Shown here piece after piece: positions 1-11,000 of a stretch of DNA of 64,000 bases. Position 1 is the stretch's first letter. Each line of letters starts with the position of its first letter. The position numbers and the translations under genes are program-made. Location: positions 351,452 through 415,451 of the forward strand of contig NW_019217845.1 in NCBI RefSeq assembly GCF_002571385.2, read 5' to 3'. A model generated the notes under the pieces. The model made no database searches. It was not told the DNA's origin and saw nothing but the letters and a program-made list of their open reading frames with translations. The stretch comes from Stylophora pistillata. Taxonomy: Eukaryota.

Positions 1-407
1 GTCAAAAATAGTTTTTTACTGATCAATGTGCGTAGTACAGCGTCCTGCGTTAAAAACACCAAGCTGCGTGCAGGTTCTCATCTCAAACAATTGGCTGAAA
101 ATAGGCATAACTAAAGGAGCGCTCACAACGAAAAGCAATTTACGAGAAAAAGAAATATTCTTCACTTCTGCGTATTCTCGATGAGGAATTTCAGTTTGTG
201 ACCAGAGGAAATTTTGAGAACTATTCTAAATCTTGCCGACTGTGTGAGATAACGTTCAGTTGGTAATGTGTCTTTCCTGTAAGTGTTTCGTTTGTCAGTT
301 TGTCAGTACGCATATTATATTAACATATTTTATATCAACGTGTGACTTGAAGCTGTTATTTGTTTTACGAAAACATTGAGTTTGTTTTTCCTCTCTTTGT
401 GTTACAG

Positions 408-2456
408 TTTAGCCAGGTTTTGTCATGTTTCGCCCAAGGAATGAACAATGTACAGGTGCCCCTAAATCTTAAGTTATGGCGTACGTCTGGCTGTCACGAG
501 CTGTTGGCCTCTCTCGGCTTTGATCTGATTGGTGTGGGCAAAGATGAAGTGATGCTTAGATCCGGCAAAGCCAACAGCAGACGCGCTGTACAGTGCACTG
601 TGCAGGCCTTGTGTGCTCTCACAGGTAAACATACAAGTTATGGTAATTTTACCAACGTGCTCGGCTGATCTTGCAACAAAGAAAGCCTTGTTAAACAGGT
701 TTATTTTCAAGCTGGCATCTTTGCGGACGGCTTGCATCTCAAGAGAATAACGTGGCATGTTGTATGGAAACAACGTTGTAAACATGCTCTGTGATTGGTT
801 ACCGAAAAGCATGCGCTGTTATTAGTCAATCGGAACGGGGATGTTGCGCTTTCAGATAATTAGGAGGGTTAGGTGTCTCACGTTTGGCACCCTTAGATGC
901 ACCGTCAGTATACTTGCGAGAAAGGCGAAACTTACTATGAACACAACCTTATTTTGTTTTGTTTTTTTTCAGATTCAGAAAATCCCGCAGAAAAGGAAGA
1001 TCCTACCTTTAAACTGTCTAAAGTTCATTCCGCTTCGACTGTCATCTCCAACTTATCACTCAAATCAGCTTCTATCGACTCGGATCTTGATACAAAGTCC
1101 AAAGATTTTGACCTTAGTTCCAACGATGTTAGCAATTTAAGGAGCTCTAGTAAGGGTTCCAAAACTACAATCACCTCCAGGCCAGTGAAAACTGAGGCTC
1201 GTCCTTCCAACGAGTCGATAAACTCGGCAGCAGTAGAGGAAGCCGAGAGAAGAAGCTTTCGCGCTCTCTCCAAATCACAGCCTTTGCTTGTAAACAGGAA
1301 TCATTCGAACGCTGTAAACCCCTATTCAAGTTTCAACGGACACGTGCGCAGTGCCGTCAAGCAACAGTCAACCTCGTCTGTCGTGGATCATACGCGAAAT
1401 TCTTCAGTAGCCGACCCATCCGACTCAGACGTCGATAGTTACTCGGACATTGTCGGTCAGCGCTCGTGGAAGGATTCGTCAAATCGGCAAACTGTCGATC
1501 TTACGGAGGATAGCTCTCTGTCAAATACTAGACAATCAATTTTAAATGGTGTTTCGCTCTCAAGGGTAACTAATTCCAATCCAACGGGGAGTGTTGTTGC
1601 TTTTCCGATACAACAACGTCGAGCTAAGGAAAATCAAGCAAGAACTGAAAAACAGGTGGTGGCGAGTACACCGAATCAAAGTCACAAGCCGGGTGTTAAT
1701 GGTACGAGACCTAAGCCTATATCTGGGTATCTACCGGATGCTTCTTATATCAATGGGGACAGGGTACACCGAGGGGAGTCCCTAAATGAGGAAGGCTATC
1801 AACGAGGAAGGCCTCAGGGAAGGAGTCGGAGCGAGAGCCAGGAACCTGTCTCTAAAAACGGACCTTATAGCCGATCGAAGTCAATTCCAAGGCAGAGAGA
1901 GAATGGGTCGAGTGATGAGGAGGAAACTACGCATGCTCGTGACAGACGTTGGGCGAAGAGTAGTACAGACTTGAGAACTCATCGTGTAGTAACTGCCATT
2001 GATATCGGTGGAAATGATAAAGTTAATCAAATAGGGCGCTTAAGAGTTTCCAGTGTGGATTCACCAGTCAGCGATGATGCTCTGAGGTCTTCAAATCAAC
2101 GGACTGCACCATTAAGAAATGGCGAGTTAAAAACAAATCACGCCGATCAACTTGCAGCCCAAATGCAACAAGGACGAAAAGAATCCCTACAGGGGAGGAG
2201 ACAGTCGCTGCAGAAGTTTCACGATGACTCTCAGTCCTCTCAAGATAGTACTGACTACGAGTCTCGTCAGACTAAAGCAGAGTGGGCAGCGGCTGCCTTA
2301 ATGAATAATCACATGACACGTGAACCGACCCAACCGCTGGCCAACAAGAAAACATCCCCGCAGTTACTTGAGATGAAAGATATGAGAGCTGAAAAGAGGA
2401 GACTGAGGCGAGAGCATTTGGCAAACTTAGCTAATCTCCACTCCTCCTCCTGCTAG
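408..2456 (+). CDS. TTC28: Tetratricopeptide repeat protein 28, last two coding exons (408-624, 973-2456)
   Basis: Exon 408-624 (cag|TTT...ACAG|gtaaac) encodes VPLNLKLWRTSGCHELLASLGFDLIGVGKDEVMLRSGKANSRRAVQCTVQAL, matching the conserved post-CHAT block of TTC28. It splices in phase 1 to a long low-complexity Ser/Arg-rich exon ending TAG at 2456. Confidence 0.85.
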
Positions 2457-2509
2457 CACTGGCTGGTAAGAATATTTACAATTTCTTGAGAATTAACAAT
2501 TAAGAATTT

Positions 2510-2622
2510 GTACAAGCCTGAAGTCTGATAAACTTCAGGCTTGTACGGGAGTTGAACCCATTACCTGTGCGAAACTGGTGCAGCGTTCTACCAACTGAGC
2601 TTACAAGCCAACTGGGAGCTGC
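2510..2622 (-). mobile_element. tRNA-derived SINE fragment (same family as 31442-31687)
   Basis: Minus strand CAGCTCCCAGTTGGCTTGTAAGCTCAGTTGGTAGAACG...GGGTTCAACTCCCGTACAAGCCTGAAG has A-box and B-box-like motifs and a terminal hairpin. Confidence 0.75.
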
Positions 2623-3167
2623 TCGTTTTTTTCGAAGGGAAACATTAGAAGCCTATTTTGATGGTACCCGTCGAATTTGTAGCACTTTACCAGCCTTTAA
2701 CACAAAATTATGTCGAATGAATCATCCACACAAAACATATAGTGATATTATAAAAAGTGTTCGAGAACCCCTCCGACGTGTTGTGCGGCAATGTTCAAGC
2801 ATCGCCACCAACAAACGTAGCATGACAAAAAGACTGCACCTACTGAATCCTTCCTAACATTAAGACGAGGCAGCGAACTGTGGAGATAGATGTAAAATAA
2901 TTGACATTAGCTGAGGGATTTCTCAGTCGTTCATTCTAACAACAACAGTTTCGAGGAATAATTCATATTGCATCCCTGAATGACAGGATGACCTCTAGTT
3001 GTTGTTAATGCTATTGCTGAGACTTTTTCAAATACACAAAAAATGTACGTTTTGTGTCAGTTTCTTAGCAACTACTTACGTACCCCTCCCTAACCCAGCA
3101 GTAACTCTAACTTGTTATCAGTTGAATGTTGGTGGGTTAGGGGGGAGGGGTGGGTGAGCAGTTGCTC

Positions 3168-3344
3168 AATAGCCCATTTGCGAATAACCCTTGGCCTCAT
3201 TTTCAAAACGAGGCCTGGTGCTCAACCATTCTTGCGAAAATGAGTTTAATTTGCATGTGAATGAAAACTTATTATCCTATGAAAGGATTAGCACGTGGAC
3301 TCGTTTTGAAAATGAGGCTAAGGGTAATTCGCAAATGGGCTATT
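3168..3344. mobile_element. MITE with long terminal inverted repeats, inserted into another short repeat
   Basis: AATAGCCCATTTGCGAATAACCCTTGGCCTCATTTTCAAAACGAG ... CTCGTTTTGAAAATGAGGCTAAGGGTAATTCGCAAATGGGCTATT. Confidence 0.8.
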
Positions 3345-5079
3345 ACTTGCATTGATCCGTTTTGTTTAACTGTCAAATCTCCACAACGAGGCTCCAATCG
3401 TAGTCGCTGTGTAGGGAGAAGTTGGGAGGGAAGAGTGGGTGGGGAGAAGTAGGTGGGGAGGAGAGGGTGGGGAGGAGCGGAAACGGGGAAAATGATAAGA
3501 ACTACAGCGCCAAAAGTTTTACTTTGCCAAGCATAGTATTACCTTATATTGATATGTTGCTGTTTTTTTTATTTTTTATTTTCACAGAGGACCTCTTATT
3601 ACCCGGGTTGATATGGACCAGCAGCTAATATTTTTTTTAACAATTTCGTGTCTCAAACAAGAAAATGTTTCCTAATGATCTGAACCATATTGGTTCTCTA
3701 CCTTGTAAAACAGTGTCGAGCCTTCGAGTGTTGCACTGATTCATAGTTATCTATTTTGGGACGTGTATCTTGAAATTTGTTCAAAATTTTCAGCAAGAGG
3801 TAACGTTGAAATATCAATTTTCTGCCAGTCGTTAAAGTACATTTTATTTTGTTTACTTCTAAATTTATGAAAACGTCAACAGTCAAATCAGATGTAAGTT
3901 TGTGTACGATAATCAACTTCTTCACAGACGAGTTTGTAACGACAGAGTGTGGTATAGGTCGTGAAAAAAGTAGAGAAGTTCGTTGAATTTTAAAGGAAAC
4001 GACTTTTTTATTCGACCAAACGTGTTATGTAAAGTTTAAAAAAAATTATTTGAAAAAAACTGCCCCAGGCTAGCTCGCTATGCACCTATTCGTGAATGCA
4101 TTTTCATCCTTAGGGTCTTAATTTATCCCATAATTTAGCCTGGGAATGAGGACACTTTTACTATAGCGCAAAGTCTTTCAATGCATCGGCTTTTAAAGGT
4201 ATCGACAAAGTATTTCAGCTGTTGTGGTGAATACGCTCGTTGGACGTATCTACAAGGTAATCGTTCAGTTAATCTTGATTTGTGAAATTTTTGCTGAAAC
4301 TGAAAGGAATCAAGTCTAGATCTCATGCCGAAAAAACTAAGAAACCTGTAACAAACATGATTTTTGGTCACGCGACATTGCGTGACTCAAACATTCTCTT
4401 CGTGTCACCTCAACATGTTTCCTTTTAGTAAGGTTACCCTCTTTTATATAATATAGATTTGTGGCAAGCCCTAGATAGATATTATCAAGTGGTTTATGAC
4501 GGTCGATTTCTACGTGTTCTGCCACCTTTTTATTTATATGCGTTGTATCTTTGTAGGTCAGAACCGAATACTGAAAGCGTGCCATTTTCCAAATTCTCAC
4601 TGTACTATATTTACCTCAGTCAATTCGTAGAGATGAGATTGGCGTATTTTCGAGTTGCTATTTATGAAATTTGTAGCTAAATCTTGTACATATGTTTGTA
4701 ATTTCAGAATCATAAACGGGAGGTTTATAATATATAAAATATATTTCAAAGCCACAATGTACATATTTCACCTCCTAGCGTATATTTTTAGTACAATGAA
4801 TAAAGTTCCAGGTTTTCCAAAACTTTTCTCTGAACTCTTCTTTGTCTTTTTGCAACGTTTTATATAGTTTATGGGAAAAGTTTTCTCTATTAACATTACT
4901 GCGACAAAAAACCGTTCACGAAGTGTTTAGACAAGTGGAGTTGGAAGCTATTCTATGCAGCCCCAAGAGCTCATTAAGGAATTTCTTTGTTAAAACATTC
5001 ACGCACTAATATCTTCGCAAAAATATGAATTTACGGAACAACTAGTAGCTTGTAAGTAAGAGCTTAGATAACGGTCCAG

Positions 5080-6290
5080 TTTTTGCAAGTTTCAAATTCA
5101 CAGCCCTTTCGTGAAAAAAGGATTTCCCGGACGATTAATAGCTCGTTAGAAAGAGCGTAGCTAGCTATGTATTATGTACAAGTGTCAAAGCTACAGCTCT
5201 TTTATCAGCAGAGAAAATCCCATCTGAGTATAAAAACAATAGATTTTCGTTAATGAGCAAAACAGAGACCACTTTAAGTTGGGTTTGTTCAAAGTCCTTG
5301 GAAGCTCATGAACCAATTTCTATTGTTTAAATATTAATACGCCCATATCTCAGCAAGAAAGAGGATTTCCTGGACGATTAATCGCTCGTTAGAAAGACCG
5401 TGATTAGCTGTGTATTGTGTGCAAGTGTGAAAGCTACAGCTCTTTTATGAGCCGAGAAAAACCCATCGGAATATTAAAACAATAGATTTTAGTTAATGAG
5501 CATTAAGGAGACGACTTTGACTTGGATTTGTTCAAGTCCTTGGAAGCTCATTAACCAATTTCTATTCTTTAAATATTCATACGCCCATATCTCAGCAAGA
5601 AAGAGGATTTCCTGGACGATTAATCGCTCGTTAGAAAGACCGTGATTAGCTGTGTACTTTGTGCAAGTGTGAAAGCTACAGCTCTTTTATGAGCCGAGAA
5701 AAACCCATCGGAATATTAAAACAATAGATTTTAGTTAATGAGCATTAAGGAGACCACTTTGACTTGGATTTGTTCAAGGTCCCCGGAAGCTCATTAACCA
5801 ATATCTATTGTTTAAATATTCATACGCCCATATCCCAGCTAGAAAGACGATTTCCCGGACGATTAATAGCTCGTTAGAAAGAGCGTAACTAGCTGTGTAT
5901 TGTGTACAAGTGTCAAAGCTAAAGCTCTTTTATCAGTCGACAAAATCCTCTCTGAATATTATAACAATAGATTTTTGTTAAAGAGGAAAAAAGAGACCAC
6001 TTTCACTTGGAGTTGTTCAAAGTCCTTGGAAGCTCATTAACCAATTTCTATTGTTTAAATATTCATACGGCCATATATCAGCTAGAAAGAGGATTTCCCC
6101 GACAATTCATAGATCGTTAGAAAGAGCTTGATTAGCTGCATATTATATGGAAGTTTCAAAGTTGCAGCTTTCTTTTAGGACGAGAAAATCTGATCCGAAT
6201 AATCAAAGAATAGATTTTTTGTAAATGAGCAAGAGACCCCGTTGACTAGAGTTATTAACCAATTTCTATTGTTAATATATTCATTCGCTT
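5080..6290. repeat. Tandem array, ~243-bp unit x ~5, each unit internally palindromic
   Basis: An AGGATTTCC-like anchor recurs at 5119, 5362, 5604, 5847 and 6090 (spacing 242-243). Confidence 0.95.
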
Positions 6291-6630
6291 ACAGTCAGCT
6301 GTTTACTGTGTGCAAGTGTCTGTCTTAGCTCGTGAACTAACTTCTATCGTTTTTATGTTAATCTATTTCACAGCCTTTTTGTGGGACTAGAAAATTCGCC
6401 GTTGAATATTTAAACAATCGACTTTGTCGATGACTAACACTGCGCACTTTCTTCAAGGGTTTACGGCGATGCCTCTAAAGGCTCATTATTCATTTTATTC
6501 ATTATTGTTGTTACTAAAAGGATTAGATTGTAAATAGGATTTTAATTGAAATCGGAACTACTATTGGGTCGTTTTTTTATTTTTAACTTGTAAATAGTTA
6601 TTATTATTATTATTCCTAGTATTATTATTA

Positions 6631-6992
6631 TTTGATCAGCAGGGATTTGCTAAAGCAAAGGCATAGAAAAAACCAGGAAAGATTTATTACTCGACGTTTC
6701 GGGGTCATCGTGACTCCATTATCAAGAGACTAGTTTAAAAACATGCAAATAAGGAAAGGTACAAGAATAGCATAAATTAGACTGAACGGCTTAAACAAAC
6801 ACCTTGGCGCGGATGGAATCCGTTTGCACGTTCAGTGTTGGCTTACGCATGCGAATATACAACATTTCATTAACAAGGCAATCAAATTTGCCGTTACATT
6901 TCGTGATGACGTTGAATTGCTCGATCAAGCGTTCAGGCATTTCACTATTGTGCTGGAGGTGGTAGTGTTTGTAGATAGAAGATGATTTCCTT
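6631..6992 (-). mobile_element. Penelope-like element 3' end (GIY-YIG endonuclease C-terminus plus 3' motif), running into the gap
   Basis: SSIYKHYHLQH...FNVITKCNGKFDCLVNEMLYIRMRKPTLNVQ is the typical PLE GIY-YIG tail (E.L.I...KP.LN.Q). A hammerhead-like motif and AATAAA follow. Confidence 0.85.
6690..6728 (-). ncRNA. Minimal type I hammerhead ribozyme-like motif (U3-A8 variant)
   Basis: CUC-UUGAUAA-U-GGAGUC-ACGAU-GACCCC-GAAA-CG-UC-GAG. Confidence 0.6.
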
Positions 6993-7782
6993 NNNNNNNN
7001 NNNNNNNNNNNNNNNNNNNNNNNNNNNNNNNNNNNNNNNNNNNNNNNNNNNNNNNNNNNNNNNNNNNNNNNNNNNNNNNNNNNNNNNNNNNNNNNNNNNN
7101 NNNNNNNNNNNNNNNNNNNNNNNNNNNNNNNNNNNNNNNNNNNNNNNNNNNNNNNNNNNNNNNNNNNNNNNNNNNNNNNNNNNNNNNNNNNNNNNNNNNN
7201 NNNNNNNNNNNNNNNNNNNNNNNNNNNNNNNNNNNNNNNNNNNNNNNNNNNNNNNNNNNNNNNNNNNNNNNNNNNNNNNNNNNNNNNNNNNNNNNNNNNN
7301 NNNNNNNNNNNNNNNNNNNNNNNNNNNNNNNNNNNNNNNNNNNNNNNNNNNNNNNNNNNNNNNNNNNNNNNNNNNNNNNNNNNNNNNNNNNNNNNNNNNN
7401 NNNNNNNNNNNNNNNNNNNNNNNNNNNNNNNNNNNNNNNNNNNNNNNNNNNNNNNNNNNNNTATTCATTCGCTTACAGTCAGCTGTTTACTGTGTGCAAG
7501 TGTCTGTCTTAGCTCGTGAACTAACTTCTATCGTTTTTATGTTAATCTATTTCACAGCCTTTTTGTGGGACTAGAAAATTCGCCGTTGAATATTTAAACA
7601 ATCGACTTTGTCGATGACTAACACTGAGCACTTTCTTCAAGGGTTTACGGCGATGCATCTAAAGGCTCATTATTCATTTTATTCATTATTGTTATTACTA
7701 AAAGGATTAGAGTGTAAATAGGATTTTAATTGAAATCGGAACTACTATTGGGTCGTTTTTTTTATTTTAAATTGTAAATAGT

Positions 7783-7806
7783 TATTATTATTATTATTAC
7801 TAGTAC

Positions 7807-7858
<52 letters not shown>
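7783..7858. repeat. (TTA)n microsatellite
   Basis: Long interrupted TTA run. Confidence 0.95.
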
Positions 7859-8081
7859 TAGAACTGTGGCCATAAAGGGGATTTGCAGGGCATTAAGTGC
7901 TGGAAACAGGGTGAAACTAGAACGGCTTCGTTCATTTCATTGATAGTTGGTTGTAGTTTATTGAGCCAATAATATAGCAGCGATCCTTACATAAACAGTT
8001 GCCATCGCAGTTGAAGTCAGATTTAAATAAGCTGCATTGTTGCTCGATAATAACAGTCCTAGATATCAAGGAAGACATTGA

Positions 8082-11000
8082 TCACGCGTCTGAGCTGACC
8101 GAGACAAATTCCTGGTTATACAAAGCCTCGGCGTAGACATCACATACATTGTCTAGTTCATGACCAACTTCTTGTAAAGCTTCTTCTAACAACTCCTCAC
8201 TTATCCTGCAATAGATCAAGTGCAGCAAACGAGTTAGTCTAGATAAACACATTACAGCCGAACCTCTTCTCTCTGTCCACCTTATGGAAAGAGGGAAGAG
8301 GCTCTCGTAAAGAAAGCCTCCTGAAGGGAATAAAAACTGCTCTCTGAAAAGAACTAGTAGGGTTGAACTCTTTCAATACAAAAAGAAAGATAAAGACAGT
8401 TTGTGTGAGCCTGGGACCTAATCAAAGTGTATAAATAAGAGAAAATGAAAAGCTTATTTTCAGATGAAACATTTTAACAAACTACAAAGCGAATGAAGTA
8501 CAGTGAATACATCAGCTTAGGCGACCTTTCCTTTGGGCATTGAACATAAATGACATCCTCATTAGCCTAATAAAGCTGACGAAAGTTATTCGCACAAGCA
8601 AGTTGTCAGTCATTTTACTACAGCAGTCGTCAGTGATTCAGTGGCCTTCCTGGAGAGGTTACTTTAGGAGCTGGGACGCGGTTTAGTGTCTGTTACCGCT
8701 GTTCCATTAGTGGAAGTTCGACTGTAATGCACGAAATGATCGACTGCTTTGTTTATAGAACTTTGTTTCTAGGCATATTTTGCTTCGTTCAATTCTTCCT
8801 CCCAACGCAGATTATCATGGCTTTCAGATGCACGAGTTTCAGGTAGATTAACCCTTTAACACTATACTCCCTAACATTAATATGCATATTCTCCATACTG
8901 TTCTCTTTACACTTCCTAAGATTCTGACAAGGAGAATTTGTTGAACAATCACGAGCTTCTTCAGGTAGTGATCATTTCCAGACCTGTATTCTTGTGGCCT
9001 TCCTGTCTGATTCAGGGGTGATATTAGATGCTAGTCACTCTAAGATCTGATTGTTAATTCTACCGCTAGCTGCTATACATTTTCCTGTAAATTAGTTGGG
9101 AGAATTTGCTGCTAGATCAAGATAGCACCTTCTACCTAACTTTTATTCTTCTCATTACCTGTTTGCTGAATAAAGTATGGATATCAAAGGGAGAATTAAC
9201 ATGTTAATCACTTCTGGGATTTAAAGGGTTAAGACTGATCGTTGATGTTCTCCCCATTAAACAGCCACAAAACAACATTGCTGGTTACGTTAACTATACA
9301 TCTGGTTTCCAATAGACCACAGTTAAGAACCAATCAGACTGCTTGAAGAGTTGACAAGCTGTTACACAAACATACCTGTTTACCAGTCCCCACGGGTCAA
9401 ACGTTCCTTCTTCGTGAGTAGAAGTGTCCTGAAGATATTTGTTGAATCGGTTCCTATAAGACACTATACTAGCTCTCATTTCCTTTGGCACACTTAGGAA
9501 CACTGTAGGTTGGGTGCCAGAAGTGAGGGGTCGACTTTGTGGGGCTGAGCTATTTTGAGATCTTTTGTAAATGGAACTTTGAGCGAAGGAGCGTTCTCCA
9601 GATGAAGAATATAAAAAAGGACAAAATTAACAGTGCACCTTTACCAACATTTCATCAACCTAAAAAACAATACTTCAATGGCAGACCATGTCCAACCTTC
9701 CATTAGGGAGGAAAAGCTACTGGTTGCACTAATTTCATTCAACAGTCTGAATGGCTCGCTGACACCTGGTCTATCGTCGTCGGGAGGTGCTCGGGCGTTT
9801 CCCGGTAACAGTCGGTGGCTTTCGGTTTCCACAGCCCTGGTGAACATGATTGGTTTAGGATCCTTAGCTGGTTGAGTGCTTTTCCCTGTTAATAAAAGGA
9901 CAACGAGAAAGTGATGTAAACCTATGAAGCAATTTTCAATCGAGTACCAAAACTAGTCCGCCACTGCTTTAGTTTTGCTTTACTTCGCCTTGTATTGGTC
10001 CAGGGGCACATTTCTCGACAGTTCAGTACCTTTACGGGACACAAGAAATGTTTCTAAATCTAACTCCGAGGAATAATAGCGAGGGTCTTGGCTAAAAAAA
10101 AAGAGTTCTTTTTGTTTCAAGTCCTGATATTTTATCGTTTGTATTTCAAGATTGACAAAATCCCTATCTTGAATCAAACACAGCGAAACAAAAATGAGAT
10201 TTTCGGGCGCGCAGTTAACGGATCTTCCGAGAAACGGATCCCAGAAAACTCGCGCGGCTTTCTCAACCTATCAGATTAAGAAATACCGCGGTAATTATTT
10301 ACGACTGAGTCAGTGGCGTTTTCCCGCGCATCAACCAGTTTGCTTGCAATTACTTTGAATTCTTATTGGCTCTCTATGATATTTCCATTGTTCTGATTGG
10401 CTGTTGTGATTACTTGTCAGAGACTGGGCCCGAATTGTGTGCAGTGATGCATGTCGCCTTGAGCGTGTTTTTTCATATAGAGAAAGTGTGAGAGAATAAA
10501 ACGAAACGGTTGTGTTTATTGAAAGAACACCTGAGATTTTGACTTCGGGGTAATAAACTTCTACTGTCACGGAGGCTTTCCCAAAATACTTTGGTTTTGG
10601 TTTTACAACACTAAATCGAAATGCGCTCAAAGCTGGTTCGATTCACCACATAAACACTGCAGAACACGTTATGATCATCTTTTGACATGACAGGTTACCA
10701 CGGCAACGGTAAAACCAGCCCAACATACCCTAAATTTCTTCTTCAATGTCAATAACTCAGGAGTAAGATGAGTAACCCACATGGTTATTGCTAAATAAGG
10801 CAGCCATAACAAATAAATGCGCACATACCAGTGGGGAGATTTTCAGTTGATTTTTCAACATCTGCATAATTCACTTGGACCCAGTGTTGTCTTATTTCCT
10901 CTTCGGCTTTCTGCAACCAAGGCAGTGTTGTTAATTAAAATGTCACTTTCCATTTCAAACAAAACAGAACCAACGAATTGTTTAAGCAGGACAACCAATG

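Noticed and set aside
5080-6290. CRISPR array or hammerhead-containing retrozyme
   Set aside because: Whole units repeat with no unique spacers and no cas genes. TTAATGAGC...GCTC resembles a hammerhead start but is followed by ATTAA, not GAAA.
6791-7512. Long ORFs spanning N runs (also 61921-62616)
   Set aside because: Open only because of assembly gaps; only the PLE part of 6791-6992 is real.
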